From Glaucostegus cemiculus (lineage: Eukaryota), in contig CDPCPM010000011.1 of NCBI GenBank assembly GCA_976551045.1, positions 6,324,001-6,388,000 on the forward strand: a stretch of DNA of 64,000 bases, read 5' to 3'. A program made the translations under genes and the position numbers. This document shows, one piece after another, positions 63,521-64,000 of the stretch (the first letter of the stretch is position 1; each line of letters starts with the position of its first letter). The notes under the pieces are model-generated. The model did not search any database and was not told the DNA's origin. It saw nothing but the letters and a program-made list of their open reading frames with translations.

Positions 63521-64000
63521 GAATGTAAGCTTGTTAAAGTTTCAGAGTGTGACACATTGCATCTTTCTTTCACACATCAGTCATAGGTTTTTGAAAGGTC
63601 ATTGGTCACTGAATATTCTAATTGTTTGTAAACTCCAGTGGAAGGACATCCCAGGTATGTGGGACCACCAGTGAAGAACCTTACAGAGAATATCACATCT
63701 GGGAGCCAAATATGACCCCGTGGGGTCTCTCCTATTCTAGCGATTGTGCTAGGTCAATAGCTGGATGAATAGCTCTGACATGCCTAACTCATCCATCAGA
63801 TATCCTCATTCTCAGCTGTATTCCTCATTGTGCTCAAGAGCGCAATGGTGCATTTATAAAGGAAACTTTGGGCTATGAGGAGCTTGACATGATTGTCTTC
63901 CAAGTCTCAAAATGTAATTCCTTTGCCTCTCCTATTCAATGACAGGCAGTGGTCAGGTAGTGCTGATAGTGCCCGACAGAGAGCTTTTTGTGCTGCATCC

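Noticed and set aside
1-64000. Known vertebrate microRNA, snRNA or snoRNA genes
   Set aside because: I looked by eye for familiar mature miRNA sequences and found none, and the hairpins present are repeat-derived. An Rfam/miRBase scan would be needed to exclude them formally.

Overview
AT-rich, CpG-depleted vertebrate DNA with no recognisable cellular protein-coding gene, rRNA, tRNA gene or CRISPR array. The repeat complement points to a cartilaginous fish, plausibly a ray or skate (inference). It includes CR1-type LINE 3' ends, V-domain tRNA-SINEs of the HE1 type, Deu-domain SINEs, L2 and Rex1/Babar-like fragments, Penelope-derived hairpins, Tigger-like MITEs and Harbinger fossils. Nearly all ORFs in the track are chance ORFs or transposon debris; only the CR1 and L2 ORF2 fragments are clearly protein-like. 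The window looks intergenic or intronic. A promoter-like island at about 23.9-24.4 kb and several minus-strand candidate exons could be the 5' non-coding part of an unidentified gene running off the left edge (low confidence). The most notable observations are: (1) at least 8 copies of a fold-back element family with decayed minimal hammerhead-ribozyme cores, where the two arms of a copy can share private variants; (2) V-SINEs with one head and core but three different LINE-derived tails; (3) a young CpG-rich bipartite Rex/Babar-like element; (4) 143-bp direct repeats around a decayed CR1; and (5) complementary G17/C17 runs bracketing a candidate exon. I found no convincing novel multi-gene system. 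All family assignments are by eye from motifs, with no database search.
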